Below are positions 9,511-19,113 of a stretch of 64,000 nucleotides of DNA, in pieces (position 1 is the stretch's first letter; every line of letters begins with the position of its first letter). The translations under genes and the position numbers were made by a program. Origin of the DNA: a virus; the IMG/VR virus record IMGVR_UViG_3300020048_003367, positions 37,863 to 101,862 of that record, one strand, 5' to 3'. The notes below the pieces were generated by a model. That model worked only from the letters and a program-made list of their open reading frames with translations, did not search any database and was not told the DNA's origin.

Positions 9511-10297
9511 TACGACGATAGTAGTTTTCCGCAATAATTTCTTGTCCACGGCGGCCGGAATGATATCCTGGATCCTCGCCTTCAAAGCTGTTGTTTCCAC
9601 ATATGGGCAATACTGACTCGGGCTCATTAAACATTACATATTTGTCAGGTATGGCCTGAGTAATTGTTTCTCTCCATTGCTGTGGTCCTAGGGCAGGATC
9701 ATAAGGCCATAATAACACAGGCACAAACAAAAAGTTGATACCTGCGTGATACAGTTCGTAAATGCCAGACTTGATGATCCACTCGTCTTGCTGTTTTTTC
9801 CAGTTACTATCGTAAATTCCGTCAATATAATGTCTTACAGCAGTCTGTGCTGTTTTGCTAATCAGGCCTGATCTGTAAGGATGTTTAAAGTTTTCTGCTA
9901 AGGTATAAATGGTTTCGCATATCATGTTGTAGTTGTTGTTGCCATAGTTGACATTGTTGATGCCATCAGTTCGATCATATCCATTCTTGATTGTGCGGTC
10001 TTGCAGGTGATGTTGTATTGCTGGATTCCACCCATCTGTGCTCTTGCTCCAGTCGAACGGTGCTGCCACTGCCGGGATTTCCATCCTGTCCCAGAATGTT
10101 GGAGTTATAATAGCAAAATCGGGGCGCTGTCTCAAGATTTCATCAATTTGTACTCTTACTCCGCCATTGCTGCAACCCTGCCGTGCTAGATTTTCTAAAT
10201 CCCAGCCCAGTTGCTGAGCCAAAACTTCACTCCAGGCAGTACCCGGATGTGTGCTGCTGACAGCACTAAAGCTGCATCCTGCTATCATCAATTTCAT
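9470..10297 (-). CDS. SGNH/GDSL hydrolase-like protein
   Basis: AGCSFS, NLARQGCSN, C-terminal GYH. Confidence 0.65.
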   Translation of the reverse strand: MKLMIAGCSFSAVSSTHPGTAWSEVLAQQLGWDLENLARQGCSNGGVRVQIDEILRQRPDFAIITPTFWDRMEIPAVAAPFDWSKSTDGWNPAIQHHLQDRTIKNGYDRTDGINNVNYGNNNYNMICETIYTLAENFKHPYRSGLISKTAQTAVRHYIDGIYDSNWKKQQDEWIIKSGIYELYHAGINFLFVPVLLWPYDPALGPQQWRETITQAIPDKYVMFNEPESVLPICGNNSFEGEDPGYHSGRRGQEIIAENYYRRITQEFLIDNNVSN

Positions 10298-10806
10298 TTT
10301 GATTCCTTGTAACTATTTTGGTGCTGCTTGTTGTGGAAGCTAGAGATGATTTCACCATGCATGGGCAACTCGTCTAGACTGTATGTGCCTTGGGGTATTG
10401 TGTATGTTGTACCATGCCCTGGTTTGTCAAAAGTAATCAAGTTGGGGTGGTGTTTAACTGCGTCATGAACTACTCGGTGATGTATGTGTCCATAATCGCC
10501 ATGCTCGTCGTGTGTTAGCACTAGGTCGTATTGTCGAGCAAGACCTGCGCATTCAGCCATGGCATCAATACCGTACCATTGCAATAATTGTTGCTGTTCT
10601 TGATCATGATAGTCATCCACAAAGCCAAGAAACACACAAGGTATGTTTCTACTTTGCCAAAACGCTGCTAGTTCGGCTCCACGAGGATCATTGGCAGTAT
10701 AGGTTAGATAGCCAATAGTCCAATCATGCTCGGGATGATTGTGAATGTAACTGTACGCAAATATCACACAGTCGTCAGGATGAGCAACAAGGCACAATGC
10801 TTTCAT
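10294..10806 (-). CDS. PIG-L/LmbE family deacetylase
   Basis: AHPDD and THDEHGDYGHIHH motifs. Confidence 0.85.
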   Translation of the reverse strand: MKALCLVAHPDDCVIFAYSYIHNHPEHDWTIGYLTYTANDPRGAELAAFWQSRNIPCVFLGFVDDYHDQEQQQLLQWYGIDAMAECAGLARQYDLVLTHDEHGDYGHIHHRVVHDAVKHHPNLITFDKPGHGTTYTIPQGTYSLDELPMHGEIISSFHNKQHQNSYKESK

Positions 10807-11642
10807 AATCGCTCAGCCTCTTGAATTCCACGATCAATCAAGAAGTTCTTGTACTGCTGCTGCTGCACATCAAATAGCTTTTGCCATGCGTTTCTGTGTA
10901 CACTTACAGTAAGAGTTTGTTCTTGATGCATTTCTTCAAGTTTGCGGTCCCAGGCAGCAACTTCACTGTGACACACATTGACGGGCCGGAACTGCAATTG
11001 ATCAGAATAAAACATGTCAAAGCTGCCAAACTTGTGTTGCACGTATCCCGAATACAACATGAATTCAGTCAGTTTGCCATTGCCCTGAAACCAACGAGGG
11101 AAGCCGCGTCCAGTTAGAAATGATATTTCTCCAATCATGAGTCTCACTGTGTCGTTTTGCAGCATGAAAGGTACGCCGCCGGGGCCTAGTTGCTGCGTCA
11201 TGTTGATTTTGAACAAGTCATTTACAATTAATCTAGCTGATTCAAAGACAGGAAATGTTGCCATTCTGCCAACACAGGCACGGCCTTGCGAATCAATCAG
11301 TTCTGTTAATTTGACGTCACGGACAAATATGGTCTTGGCATCTAGTACCATGCTCCAGATATTATAGCTCATTGATGCAGCTAGCAATTTCAGCACCTGT
11401 TGACTGACCCAACCATGCTGAACAAACTCTGTACTAAACGCACTACGCGGAATTACCAGTACATGATTGGCCAAGTCTCCCCACCAACCGGCATCAATTT
11501 TATGAATAGTGTCATCATCATCGTTGACCACAACATAAATGTTACGAATGCCAATGTTTTGACAATACCGTGCTACACTAGCAGCTTGTATTTTTAGAAT
11601 AGGGAGTTCGTCTTGGAAGACTACTGTAACAAGATCAATCAT
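10803..11642 (-). CDS. glycosyltransferase-like protein (DUF6492-like)
   Basis: GWVSQQVLKL, LDAK, TEFMLY; resembles 7553..8419. Confidence 0.55.
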   Translation of the reverse strand: MIDLVTVVFQDELPILKIQAASVARYCQNIGIRNIYVVVNDDDDTIHKIDAGWWGDLANHVLVIPRSAFSTEFVQHGWVSQQVLKLLAASMSYNIWSMVLDAKTIFVRDVKLTELIDSQGRACVGRMATFPVFESARLIVNDLFKINMTQQLGPGGVPFMLQNDTVRLMIGEISFLTGRGFPRWFQGNGKLTEFMLYSGYVQHKFGSFDMFYSDQLQFRPVNVCHSEVAAWDRKLEEMHQEQTLTVSVHRNAWQKLFDVQQQQYKNFLIDRGIQEAERL

Positions 11643-11669
11643 GCAATTATGTAGCACAATTGACAGTGG

Positions 11670-11870
11670 CTATGCTACTTTATTGACGTTGGTAATTGAC
11701 GCATCTTTACCGTACTGAGCTAGTAGTAGGGCACGAGCCATGCTGGGATTCTTGGCAAACACTGCCACTTCCATGGAGTTGTTGTACAAAGGGTTCTTGA
11801 CTTTGACCCAGGCAGAATACACATTGAACCCTGCTGGTATGGCTTCTTGTAAAAACTCTGTTGCTCGCAT
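11670..11870 (-). CDS. small putative internal head protein
   Basis: MRATEFLQE N-terminus with TAAATA 5 nt upstream. Confidence 0.65.
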   Translation of the reverse strand: MRATEFLQEAIPAGFNVYSAWVKVKNPLYNNSMEVAVFAKNPSMARALLLAQYGKDASITNVNKVA

Positions 11871-11878
11871 ACAGTTAT

Positions 11879-12463
11879 TTATCGCTTTTTCTCTGACAGA
11901 CCATTCATGTGTCCCTTTACCCATCCGTTTGATATCCAATTCTGAACTTCTGTCTCGGGGACCCTTTTTCTTTGTGTACCGTTATTGATCCAAACAGTTT
12001 TTTTGAATAGGCCGTTGTTATAAGAATCACGTTTTTGTCCTATGCGAGATTGATTATTTGCTCTCCAACTTTCTCTACACTTCTCTTTTTGCTCGTCAGA
12101 TGCTTTGGCCCACCAGGGATTTTTCTTTATTGATTCTCGTATTTTTTGTTTAACGTGTTCTGGGGTAGATTTTCTTTTGCCAACTTGCGATCCTTTGCCG
12201 CCCGACGATACATTGTATCCATTTGGATATCGAGTTTTGTGCTCGACAATAAACTCGGGTTCAAGCTGATACGCTTCATCCATTGTTTCGCATTCGTATA
12301 TGGACTCTATAGAAAAGTTTTCTTTACCATATTTTCTAATAGCTTTACTAATAACGTTACGATCGTATAGATGGCTTTTCCATCTTTCTTGAAGTGAGTT
12401 GTTAGTTACTCCTACATACTGTTTATTGTTTACTTTGTTTGTGATGATATAGACGTGTGCCAT
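11879..12463 (-). mobile_element. free-standing GIY-YIG homing endonuclease (NUMOD3-like C-terminus)
   Basis: VYIITNKVNNKQYVG, RW..H, E and GYN motifs; AT-rich relative to flanks. Confidence 0.88.
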
Positions 12464-12470
12464 AGTACTA

Positions 12471-13019
12471 TTATTTAGCACGGCCTCGCCTCATATTCGC
12501 CTGCCATCTGGCTAGCTGCGCTTTACGTCCTGAGCCATTGCCTATTTTATCTAACTGTGCCATTGAGGCGTGCTTTGGGATACCGTGACGCTTGCTGTCG
12601 CCCTTGTCTTGTGGATTCTTACCATCTGCAAAGTTTTCATTCAGGTGTGTGAGCGCTTGTTCAAGTCCAGGATGCAGTGGGCTAGGCCATTCACCAGGCT
12701 CTACCCAGCACCAATCTTTGCTTTCGTAATTGATCTTGGGCTCAAACTCTTCGGGGACTCTGGCAACAAATGTTGCATACCTAGAGTTCTTGTGCAGCGG
12801 TTCCAGCGTCATGTTACCGGTGTATCCACCTTCTTCCTCAAGCTCTCTACGCACAGCTTGTTCCAGCGTTTCGCCAGGTTCAACACCACCACCCCATGCT
12901 GCCCAAACACCTGGATCATCCACTGCATCACTGCGTTGTTGAAAGCACCAGCGGCCAGTGTCTTCTGCTACGATTACGCAGCCAGCTGATTCGGGTTGTG
13001 TAAATTCTTGTGCTCTCAT
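12471..13019 (-). CDS. Nudix hydrolase with basic C-terminal module, putative internal protein
   Basis: Nudix box GGGVEPGETLEQAVRRELEEEGG; MRAQEF N-terminus. Confidence 0.85.
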   Translation of the reverse strand: MRAQEFTQPESAGCVIVAEDTGRWCFQQRSDAVDDPGVWAAWGGGVEPGETLEQAVRRELEEEGGYTGNMTLEPLHKNSRYATFVARVPEEFEPKINYESKDWCWVEPGEWPSPLHPGLEQALTHLNENFADGKNPQDKGDSKRHGIPKHASMAQLDKIGNGSGRKAQLARWQANMRRGRAK

Positions 13020-13495
13020 GCTATAGCTTTTTTTATACGTTGCCAAACACTGGGAGGAGTAGATGGTTTAACAGGGGTAGCTGGCTCAGGTGGTTGTTTA
13101 ACACTACCAGACAATCCCTTCCACATGCTTTTTCCCATGTCAGTCTGCAATTCACTAGGACGAATATCATTACCAAGACTATTGGCATATTGATACATTA
13201 CTTTAGACAAGCCTTGTCCTCTGTTGGCAGGATTTACATAAGTGTAAACAGATTCAAGATATTGTTCGCCATCTTCCTTGCGAGACTTGACAAGAAAATC
13301 TACCCAGGCCAATTCTTTTTTTGTTTGTTGATCAAACAACTTGACATGCAAGACATCGGCGGTGTGAGATCCGTACTGTCGTGTTTCCCCTGAGCTGGTA
13401 AGTAACCACTGGGCCCCTACCAATTGCTGATCTTTAAAACCAGTTTTTGTAGTATCAGGATTTATTTTTTCTCCGACAAATTCTTCAGCTCGCAT
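13016..13495 (-). CDS. GNAT acetyltransferase, putative internal protein
   Basis: YVNPANRGQGLSKVMY acetyl-CoA motif A; MRAEEFVGE N-terminus. Confidence 0.75.
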   Translation of the reverse strand: MRAEEFVGEKINPDTTKTGFKDQQLVGAQWLLTSSGETRQYGSHTADVLHVKLFDQQTKKELAWVDFLVKSRKEDGEQYLESVYTYVNPANRGQGLSKVMYQYANSLGNDIRPSELQTDMGKSMWKGLSGSVKQPPEPATPVKPSTPPSVWQRIKKAIA

Positions 13496-16400
13496 TATGG
13501 CTCCATCACAGGCGCAACTGTAACACCGCCCTGCATGGCACCTGGGTGTTGTCTCAACCAGTCCATGGCCACACGGTTAGCATCACTTTGTACATTACCT
13601 ATACCCGAGAATCGGTGTATTTCGTTGCCCTGTGGATCAAGAATTTGCCATGTGCCACGGAATGTCTGCTGCGGCTGTCCAGGACGAGTCAGGGTTTGCG
13701 GCGCTGGTGCTGTGCCAGGTGCCACGTCAACAATGCCACCTTGTGCCGCGTCAGCAGATGATTGACGCTGACGTTGTAGATCGATTGTGCTGCCTGGAAT
13801 AGGTTCGCTGGCAGTTTGACGAGTTCTCACACCATATAGTTCTGGAGCTTCTCCACGCAGACCCAGGACAGTAATAGCTTCTGCTTCTGCTCCGGCCCTG
13901 TTAGTATGCTCTAGTTCTCTTACAGCAGTGTTGTCGCTGCGTCTATAAATTTGCCATGGTCCGGGTCCGGTTGGCACTAGGTTACGTTGCTGTACTGGGC
14001 GGCCTACTGGTGCGCCCAGTGCTTGATAGTCTGCAGGAATTTCACGAACTTCAATGTCGCTTCGCATGTCTGATCTCTCTGCACGAGTGTTTGACAAGAA
14101 CTGTTCAGCAGCTTCACGACTTGGAAATCTGCGCAACACACTGTGGTCCAATTGCCCGGGAGATCTAACAAAGCGGTCTGCATTAGTTATCCAGATACCC
14201 CAGTTGCCAGTGCCCGGTGCAGCAGCAGGCTTTGGCTCAGGTTCTTCGTATGGTCGCAACATTGTGACTTTGGCTATGGCCAATTGTGATTCTGGAACAT
14301 TCCATTCTTCGGCAGCAACTTGACGTGCTACCTCTTTGGAACCAGCAACAACTTCCATTCTTCGGTTGGCGTCCCATTGAACATTCCACCAATATTTTTG
14401 TCCTGCTGGCGTTTTACCTTTGGCAAAATTTCGTGCCAATTGCTTTTCACGCACCTGACGGATTAGTGCAGCTTTGTCTAGCTCACCGGCCGAGTAGTTG
14501 GCAAACAGTTGTAGAATATCCGGGCCACCTTTTTCTTGCGAGCCTTCCAGCAGCTTGTATAATTTTTTCAAGTATTCTTGACGATATGCTGCAGGGTCAA
14601 TAGCAGCACTCAAGGCCACTGTAAATCTCATAAGTGTGTCTTCAATCTTGCTGAAGTTTGAGTCTAACCAATCACCACCCGGACTACGAAACTCGATGTA
14701 CCCAGTCTTGGTATTAATACTGGTGTACTTGTCAGTGATACCTGTGTGGATGGCCTTGGTAGCAAGGTCTTCCATGTGCTCACGCATCTTGCTCATCACC
14801 TGAGGAGCAACATCGGGATTCTTTTGCAGCATGCCTTTGATCTTGCTGATTGCTGATTTAGCATAGGTGTTGCCTGAACGATCAAACAATTCCAACACAT
14901 ACTCGTCGCCCATGAGCAAGGCCAGTTTAACATAGTCCAGCTTTTCAAGACTATAGTTAGGCACTGAAATGTTAATGTGCAAGCCAGTGCTTTCGTTGGT
15001 ATAGCAACCAGTCTTGTCTGCCCAAGCCTTGACCTTGTTCAGATCTGAGATCATTTCATCTATGGGCATGGGAGGACTCACAAACTCTAGACCTTCATCA
15101 CCGGGATTGTCGCCTTGCAAACTGCCGTCGGGTTCCACCACATAAGTTCCTGCTTCTCGACGTCCACCATGATACTGCCTGCTGGCGTTGACTGGCTTGC
15201 CCATATAACTGGAGAATTCGTCAGCCACTTGATCTATGTCTGCACCTTCGCGGTCAGCGTTCATGTCAGTGTAATAAGGCCATGAAATATCAAAGCCGTT
15301 TTCAATGTCAGTCATGCGGGGATACTTGTCATCCAAGAAACTGCGTTCGTCGTATTCGTCTCTTTGCTCGTCGGAGAACGCTTCAAATGCGTCATCGTAG
15401 ATACGGCCTTGACTTTCGAGCTCGCTAGCAGCAAACTCACGTTCCATCTCGTCTAGTCTGGCACTGATAAGTTGTTGGAAGTCTTCACTTTCTTGTGGTA
15501 GGTCGGGGTTGGCGTCCATGATCTCATCTCGAGCCTGAGCCATGGCTTCATCACGATCAAACAAGTCATTGAGTGAAATATAGTCCGTTATGAACTCTAG
15601 GCCATCGCGGGCCCACGATTCAGCAGTTTGCTCATATTGCCACTCTTGAAATTCGTTTTGTATTTCTTCCAACAAATTATCTGCATCGCGACGAGTGTTG
15701 TAGTCACCATCATGGAAGAAGCTTCTGATGTCTTCAAAGCTTCTGGTGCGTGTATCTTGGTCGTAGTCAGCTTCGTAATCAGGCTCTTGTTCATCAACCC
15801 CAACATCAGGCACAATCATTTCAAATTCCATGCCTGCTTGTGCGCCAGTTCTAGCAGCTTCGGCTCGCAGGTTTTTGCCAGTCATTTTGATTTCGCTCAA
15901 GTACTCAGTTTCCAACAGTGCGAATTCTTGACGAAGGCTTTCGGCCAGTTCTTCTTGAAAACTTTCTGTCACAGCTACATTTCCCATTCTAGCCAATTCG
16001 TATGTAACTAGATTACCACTATCTGCTCTGTATGCTCGATAGCCCCATGCTTTGCTATAACGCTGAACTAATCTATCATATAACTTAGCACGACTTTCAG
16101 GATTTGGCTGAGGCTCACCTGGTTCATAATGAATAGTTGGATCAGTTTCTTTGCTTGCCGAGAACGTCAATCTTGCGGGTTTGTACTCTTTGACATATTG
16201 TTGAATAGCAGATAATACTGTAGCAAAAATACGCGTTGCGTCACCTTCACTAGTAACTTCTTGACTATTGTTTCTATAAAACTCGACTTGAACAGCTTCA
16301 TCACCTTCATCATTTGTCTGTTTATTGAACATGATGTTTAGTGGGCCCCCGTCCGGTAATCTAGCCAATGCGTCAACATCGCCATACGCAGTCTTTTCCC

Positions 16401-18141
16401 ATGTGAAAGGGTATGGTTGGTCAAATGCTTCATTAACATTGTAGGTGGGATCTGTTTTCTGACGAGGCATACCCGGCGGTTGATTGGGATCCTTGGGATC
16501 AATGTCGGTGGTTGTTAGTCCGGTGGCTTCGAGATCCTTGATGTATTTGTGCTCAGTGTCTTCGTCACCAAAGCTCAGTATGGCACTAGGAGGACCTGCA
16601 CCAAAGTCATGCTTGCCGAGGCCTTTCATGTTTGAGATATGCTGGCCTAGCTTGTACCAGTCATACACATCACTAACATCAACTTTTACTGTGCCTGCTG
16701 GCATTGTAGGCGGAGTCTCTGGACCTAGAGGTTCATTTAGATCACGATACTGACCTGGCCCTTGACTCAGTTGCGGCATCTTTGCGCCGTCTTTGAACTC
16801 ACGTAAAGCATTTTTTAGGCTCTTGATCAACAGTGCAGGCTTGCCTTGTGCATCTGTTTGCAAACCCATTTTGTTGGCTTCTTTACCTGTTTGACCAGGA
16901 TGCACATCCACACTCAGTGCTGTCTTGAAACGTGGATCATTCTTTTCAGCAGAGGTAGGAATATAGCCAGAACTTTCTTCAATCTGGCTCATGTCAAAGT
17001 GATCAGGGTGAGCATCAGCCCAGTCACGCATAATCACTCCTGCCATTGCATTAGCTTGGTTCTCCCACTTGCTACCAGTCTCGCCTGCATTGTCGGGTAA
17101 TGGACTTAGCTCATTTTGACGGCAGTGTGCTAGTTCATGCGCAGTGGTACGTAGTATGTCCAGCAAGTGTCTGTTGATTAAGCACACATGCAGTTCATTG
17201 GTATCAGGTTCGTAACGACCAAAGCTGCTGTTCTCTTGGCTCCAGCCATCATCACGATGCAGGTTCACCCGGGGCACTTTTCGGATATCCAGTTTCTTGG
17301 CAGTTTGTGCAATAAAATCACGCACCACGTTTTCAGAGTCTACTTCACTCAGGAACATCTTGGTTTCGGGACTGACACCATTAGGGCTACTGGACTCGCC
17401 AAATCCATAACGCACAGACTTGCGAGGTGTTTCTAATTCTTTAAGGCTGAGTTCACGATCCTTGGCATTGGCTCTAGCTGTGTACAGTTGCTCAATCAAG
17501 CCTTGAGTACGCAACATCTTGAACGCAAGATTCTCAGGACCAAATTCACCATGTGCATCAAGTCCAGCTTGACGCATGGTTTTAATCTTGGCAATCAAGC
17601 TGCCGATACGGTCAGCATCATCTGCTGCCAGGGCAGATTTAATGCGTTCACGCAAATCTTCATACTTGTGACGCACTAGATTCTGATCAATTGCAGCACG
17701 TTTTCTGCGTGGTACTTGAATCCACTCGTTGTTCTTGATGCTGTACTCGCCTAGACTTACCGGAGTCTCTGCAGCATCTTGTACATATAACTCAACGTCT
17801 GCGCCACGAATACGAATGTCATGAGAATCGTTAAATTCGTATTTCTTGGCATTGAATAACTCTCGGTACACTGGATCGGGAGGTATATCTACTACCAAAT
17901 GCAAATCGATATCAGAGTGTTTTGTGTATGAATAAGCTGCGTTCGAGCCAGATATGGTAATATCTTTAACTTTTAGATTGTCTAGTCCTAAAAACTCTTG
18001 AAAATATTCGGCTATTTCTAACAGCTTGGCCTGGACTTCCGGACGCAGATGCTCGTTGGCATCCCACAAACCGGGGTTGAGCCGGTTGTGGAATTTTACT
18101 GCGTCAGCAAGGTTGTAAGTTGACAGTTCATTAAAGTTCAT
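13495..18141 (-). CDS. polyvalent protein: nucleotidyltransferase + HExxH metallopeptidase + amidoligase-like domain
   Basis: GSNA...SDIDLH; TAHELAH; GMEFEM, EPDGSL, LEFVSPP, GLHINIS, YIEFRSPGG. Confidence 0.8.
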   Translation of the reverse strand: MNFNELSTYNLADAVKFHNRLNPGLWDANEHLRPEVQAKLLEIAEYFQEFLGLDNLKVKDITISGSNAAYSYTKHSDIDLHLVVDIPPDPVYRELFNAKKYEFNDSHDIRIRGADVELYVQDAAETPVSLGEYSIKNNEWIQVPRRKRAAIDQNLVRHKYEDLRERIKSALAADDADRIGSLIAKIKTMRQAGLDAHGEFGPENLAFKMLRTQGLIEQLYTARANAKDRELSLKELETPRKSVRYGFGESSSPNGVSPETKMFLSEVDSENVVRDFIAQTAKKLDIRKVPRVNLHRDDGWSQENSSFGRYEPDTNELHVCLINRHLLDILRTTAHELAHCRQNELSPLPDNAGETGSKWENQANAMAGVIMRDWADAHPDHFDMSQIEESSGYIPTSAEKNDPRFKTALSVDVHPGQTGKEANKMGLQTDAQGKPALLIKSLKNALREFKDGAKMPQLSQGPGQYRDLNEPLGPETPPTMPAGTVKVDVSDVYDWYKLGQHISNMKGLGKHDFGAGPPSAILSFGDEDTEHKYIKDLEATGLTTTDIDPKDPNQPPGMPRQKTDPTYNVNEAFDQPYPFTWEKTAYGDVDALARLPDGGPLNIMFNKQTNDEGDEAVQVEFYRNNSQEVTSEGDATRIFATVLSAIQQYVKEYKPARLTFSASKETDPTIHYEPGEPQPNPESRAKLYDRLVQRYSKAWGYRAYRADSGNLVTYELARMGNVAVTESFQEELAESLRQEFALLETEYLSEIKMTGKNLRAEAARTGAQAGMEFEMIVPDVGVDEQEPDYEADYDQDTRTRSFEDIRSFFHDGDYNTRRDADNLLEEIQNEFQEWQYEQTAESWARDGLEFITDYISLNDLFDRDEAMAQARDEIMDANPDLPQESEDFQQLISARLDEMEREFAASELESQGRIYDDAFEAFSDEQRDEYDERSFLDDKYPRMTDIENGFDISWPYYTDMNADREGADIDQVADEFSSYMGKPVNASRQYHGGRREAGTYVVEPDGSLQGDNPGDEGLEFVSPPMPIDEMISDLNKVKAWADKTGCYTNESTGLHINISVPNYSLEKLDYVKLALLMGDEYVLELFDRSGNTYAKSAISKIKGMLQKNPDVAPQVMSKMREHMEDLATKAIHTGITDKYTSINTKTGYIEFRSPGGDWLDSNFSKIEDTLMRFTVALSAAIDPAAYRQEYLKKLYKLLEGSQEKGGPDILQLFANYSAGELDKAALIRQVREKQLARNFAKGKTPAGQKYWWNVQWDANRRMEVVAGSKEVARQVAAEEWNVPESQLAIAKVTMLRPYEEPEPKPAAAPGTGNWGIWITNADRFVRSPGQLDHSVLRRFPSREAAEQFLSNTRAERSDMRSDIEVREIPADYQALGAPVGRPVQQRNLVPTGPGPWQIYRRSDNTAVRELEHTNRAGAEAEAITVLGLRGEAPELYGVRTRQTASEPIPGSTIDLQRQRQSSADAAQGGIVDVAPGTAPAPQTLTRPGQPQQTFRGTWQILDPQGNEIHRFSGIGNVQSDANRVAMDWLRQHPGAMQGGVTVAPVMEP

Positions 18142-18158
18142 TGAACTGTATTTACCGC

Positions 18159-19061
18159 TTAGGTTGCAGTGTTGGTATTGTCGCTGGCGGCCATAATTTC
18201 AGCATTGGGTTCTGCTGCCAACACTTCTGCAGGAACATCATGCACTGCTGGAGGTGTGATTTGTGCAGCAGCGGCAGCATTTTGCTGGGCAATTGTATGC
18301 AAATCAAGATACAATTTGTCTTGTGTGGCAGCGTCAAACACATAGGTACCAGTATGCTTGAGCAACACTCGCTTGTCCACGTACACTTGTCCGCCAATGT
18401 CTCGCCAGTTTTCACAGAATGTCCAGTCTTCTGAGTAGTAGCGACCTTCACGCACTGCGGTGTCGAAGTAGGTTTTCATGTACTTGTTGAGTGCAGGATC
18501 AAGACCAATATCATTAGCAAACGGCTTCACAGCAGGATGTGCATCTAGCTTTTCAAATACATCACGCTTGATCAACAAAAAGCCTGTGCCAGTCTTGGTA
18601 ACTTCTACCAAGTTGTCTACACCTTGTTCTTGGCCTGGGATACCGTTTACACACCACTTGATAGGCATGCTTTTCATAGGGTATAAACCACCAATAACGT
18701 CAACCTTGCGGTTCAACAGTACCAGCAGGTGCCACGGCTCCCAGCCAATGTCAGCGTCAATAAACATCAGGTGTGTAGAACCTTCAGTGTGCAGGAACTT
18801 GGCAGTTAGTGTGTTTCTAGCACGGCTAATCAAGCTTTCGTTGGTCATGGTTTCCACAGTCCATTCAATACCAAGTTGACGAGCCATGTTAGCCCACTTG
18901 ATATAGCTCATGAATGTTGATTCAGTTAGTTGCCCGCCATAGCAGGGCATGCACATATGAACTCGTGTGGTTTTCAAATAGTCCAAGTCAACTTGGATAT
19001 TCATTTGATTCTGAACGTTAGGATCAGTTGGGGGTGTAGTTGTAGGTAGGGCGTCTGCCAT
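18159..19061 (-). CDS. GT-A fold glycosyltransferase-like protein
   Basis: LMFIDADIGW, GTGFLLIKR, SEDWTFC. Confidence 0.75.
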   Translation of the reverse strand: MADALPTTTPPTDPNVQNQMNIQVDLDYLKTTRVHMCMPCYGGQLTESTFMSYIKWANMARQLGIEWTVETMTNESLISRARNTLTAKFLHTEGSTHLMFIDADIGWEPWHLLVLLNRKVDVIGGLYPMKSMPIKWCVNGIPGQEQGVDNLVEVTKTGTGFLLIKRDVFEKLDAHPAVKPFANDIGLDPALNKYMKTYFDTAVREGRYYSEDWTFCENWRDIGGQVYVDKRVLLKHTGTYVFDAATQDKLYLDLHTIAQQNAAAAAQITPPAVHDVPAEVLAAEPNAEIMAASDNTNTAT

Positions 19062-19113
19062 GTGTTCTCCATAAAGATAGTATAAAACTATTTACAAAGT
19101 ATAACACGGTGGC

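Noticed and set aside
11879-12463. Group I intron around the GIY-YIG gene
   Set aside because: Both flanking ORFs are complete, and only 7-8 nt of non-coding sequence flank the endonuclease.
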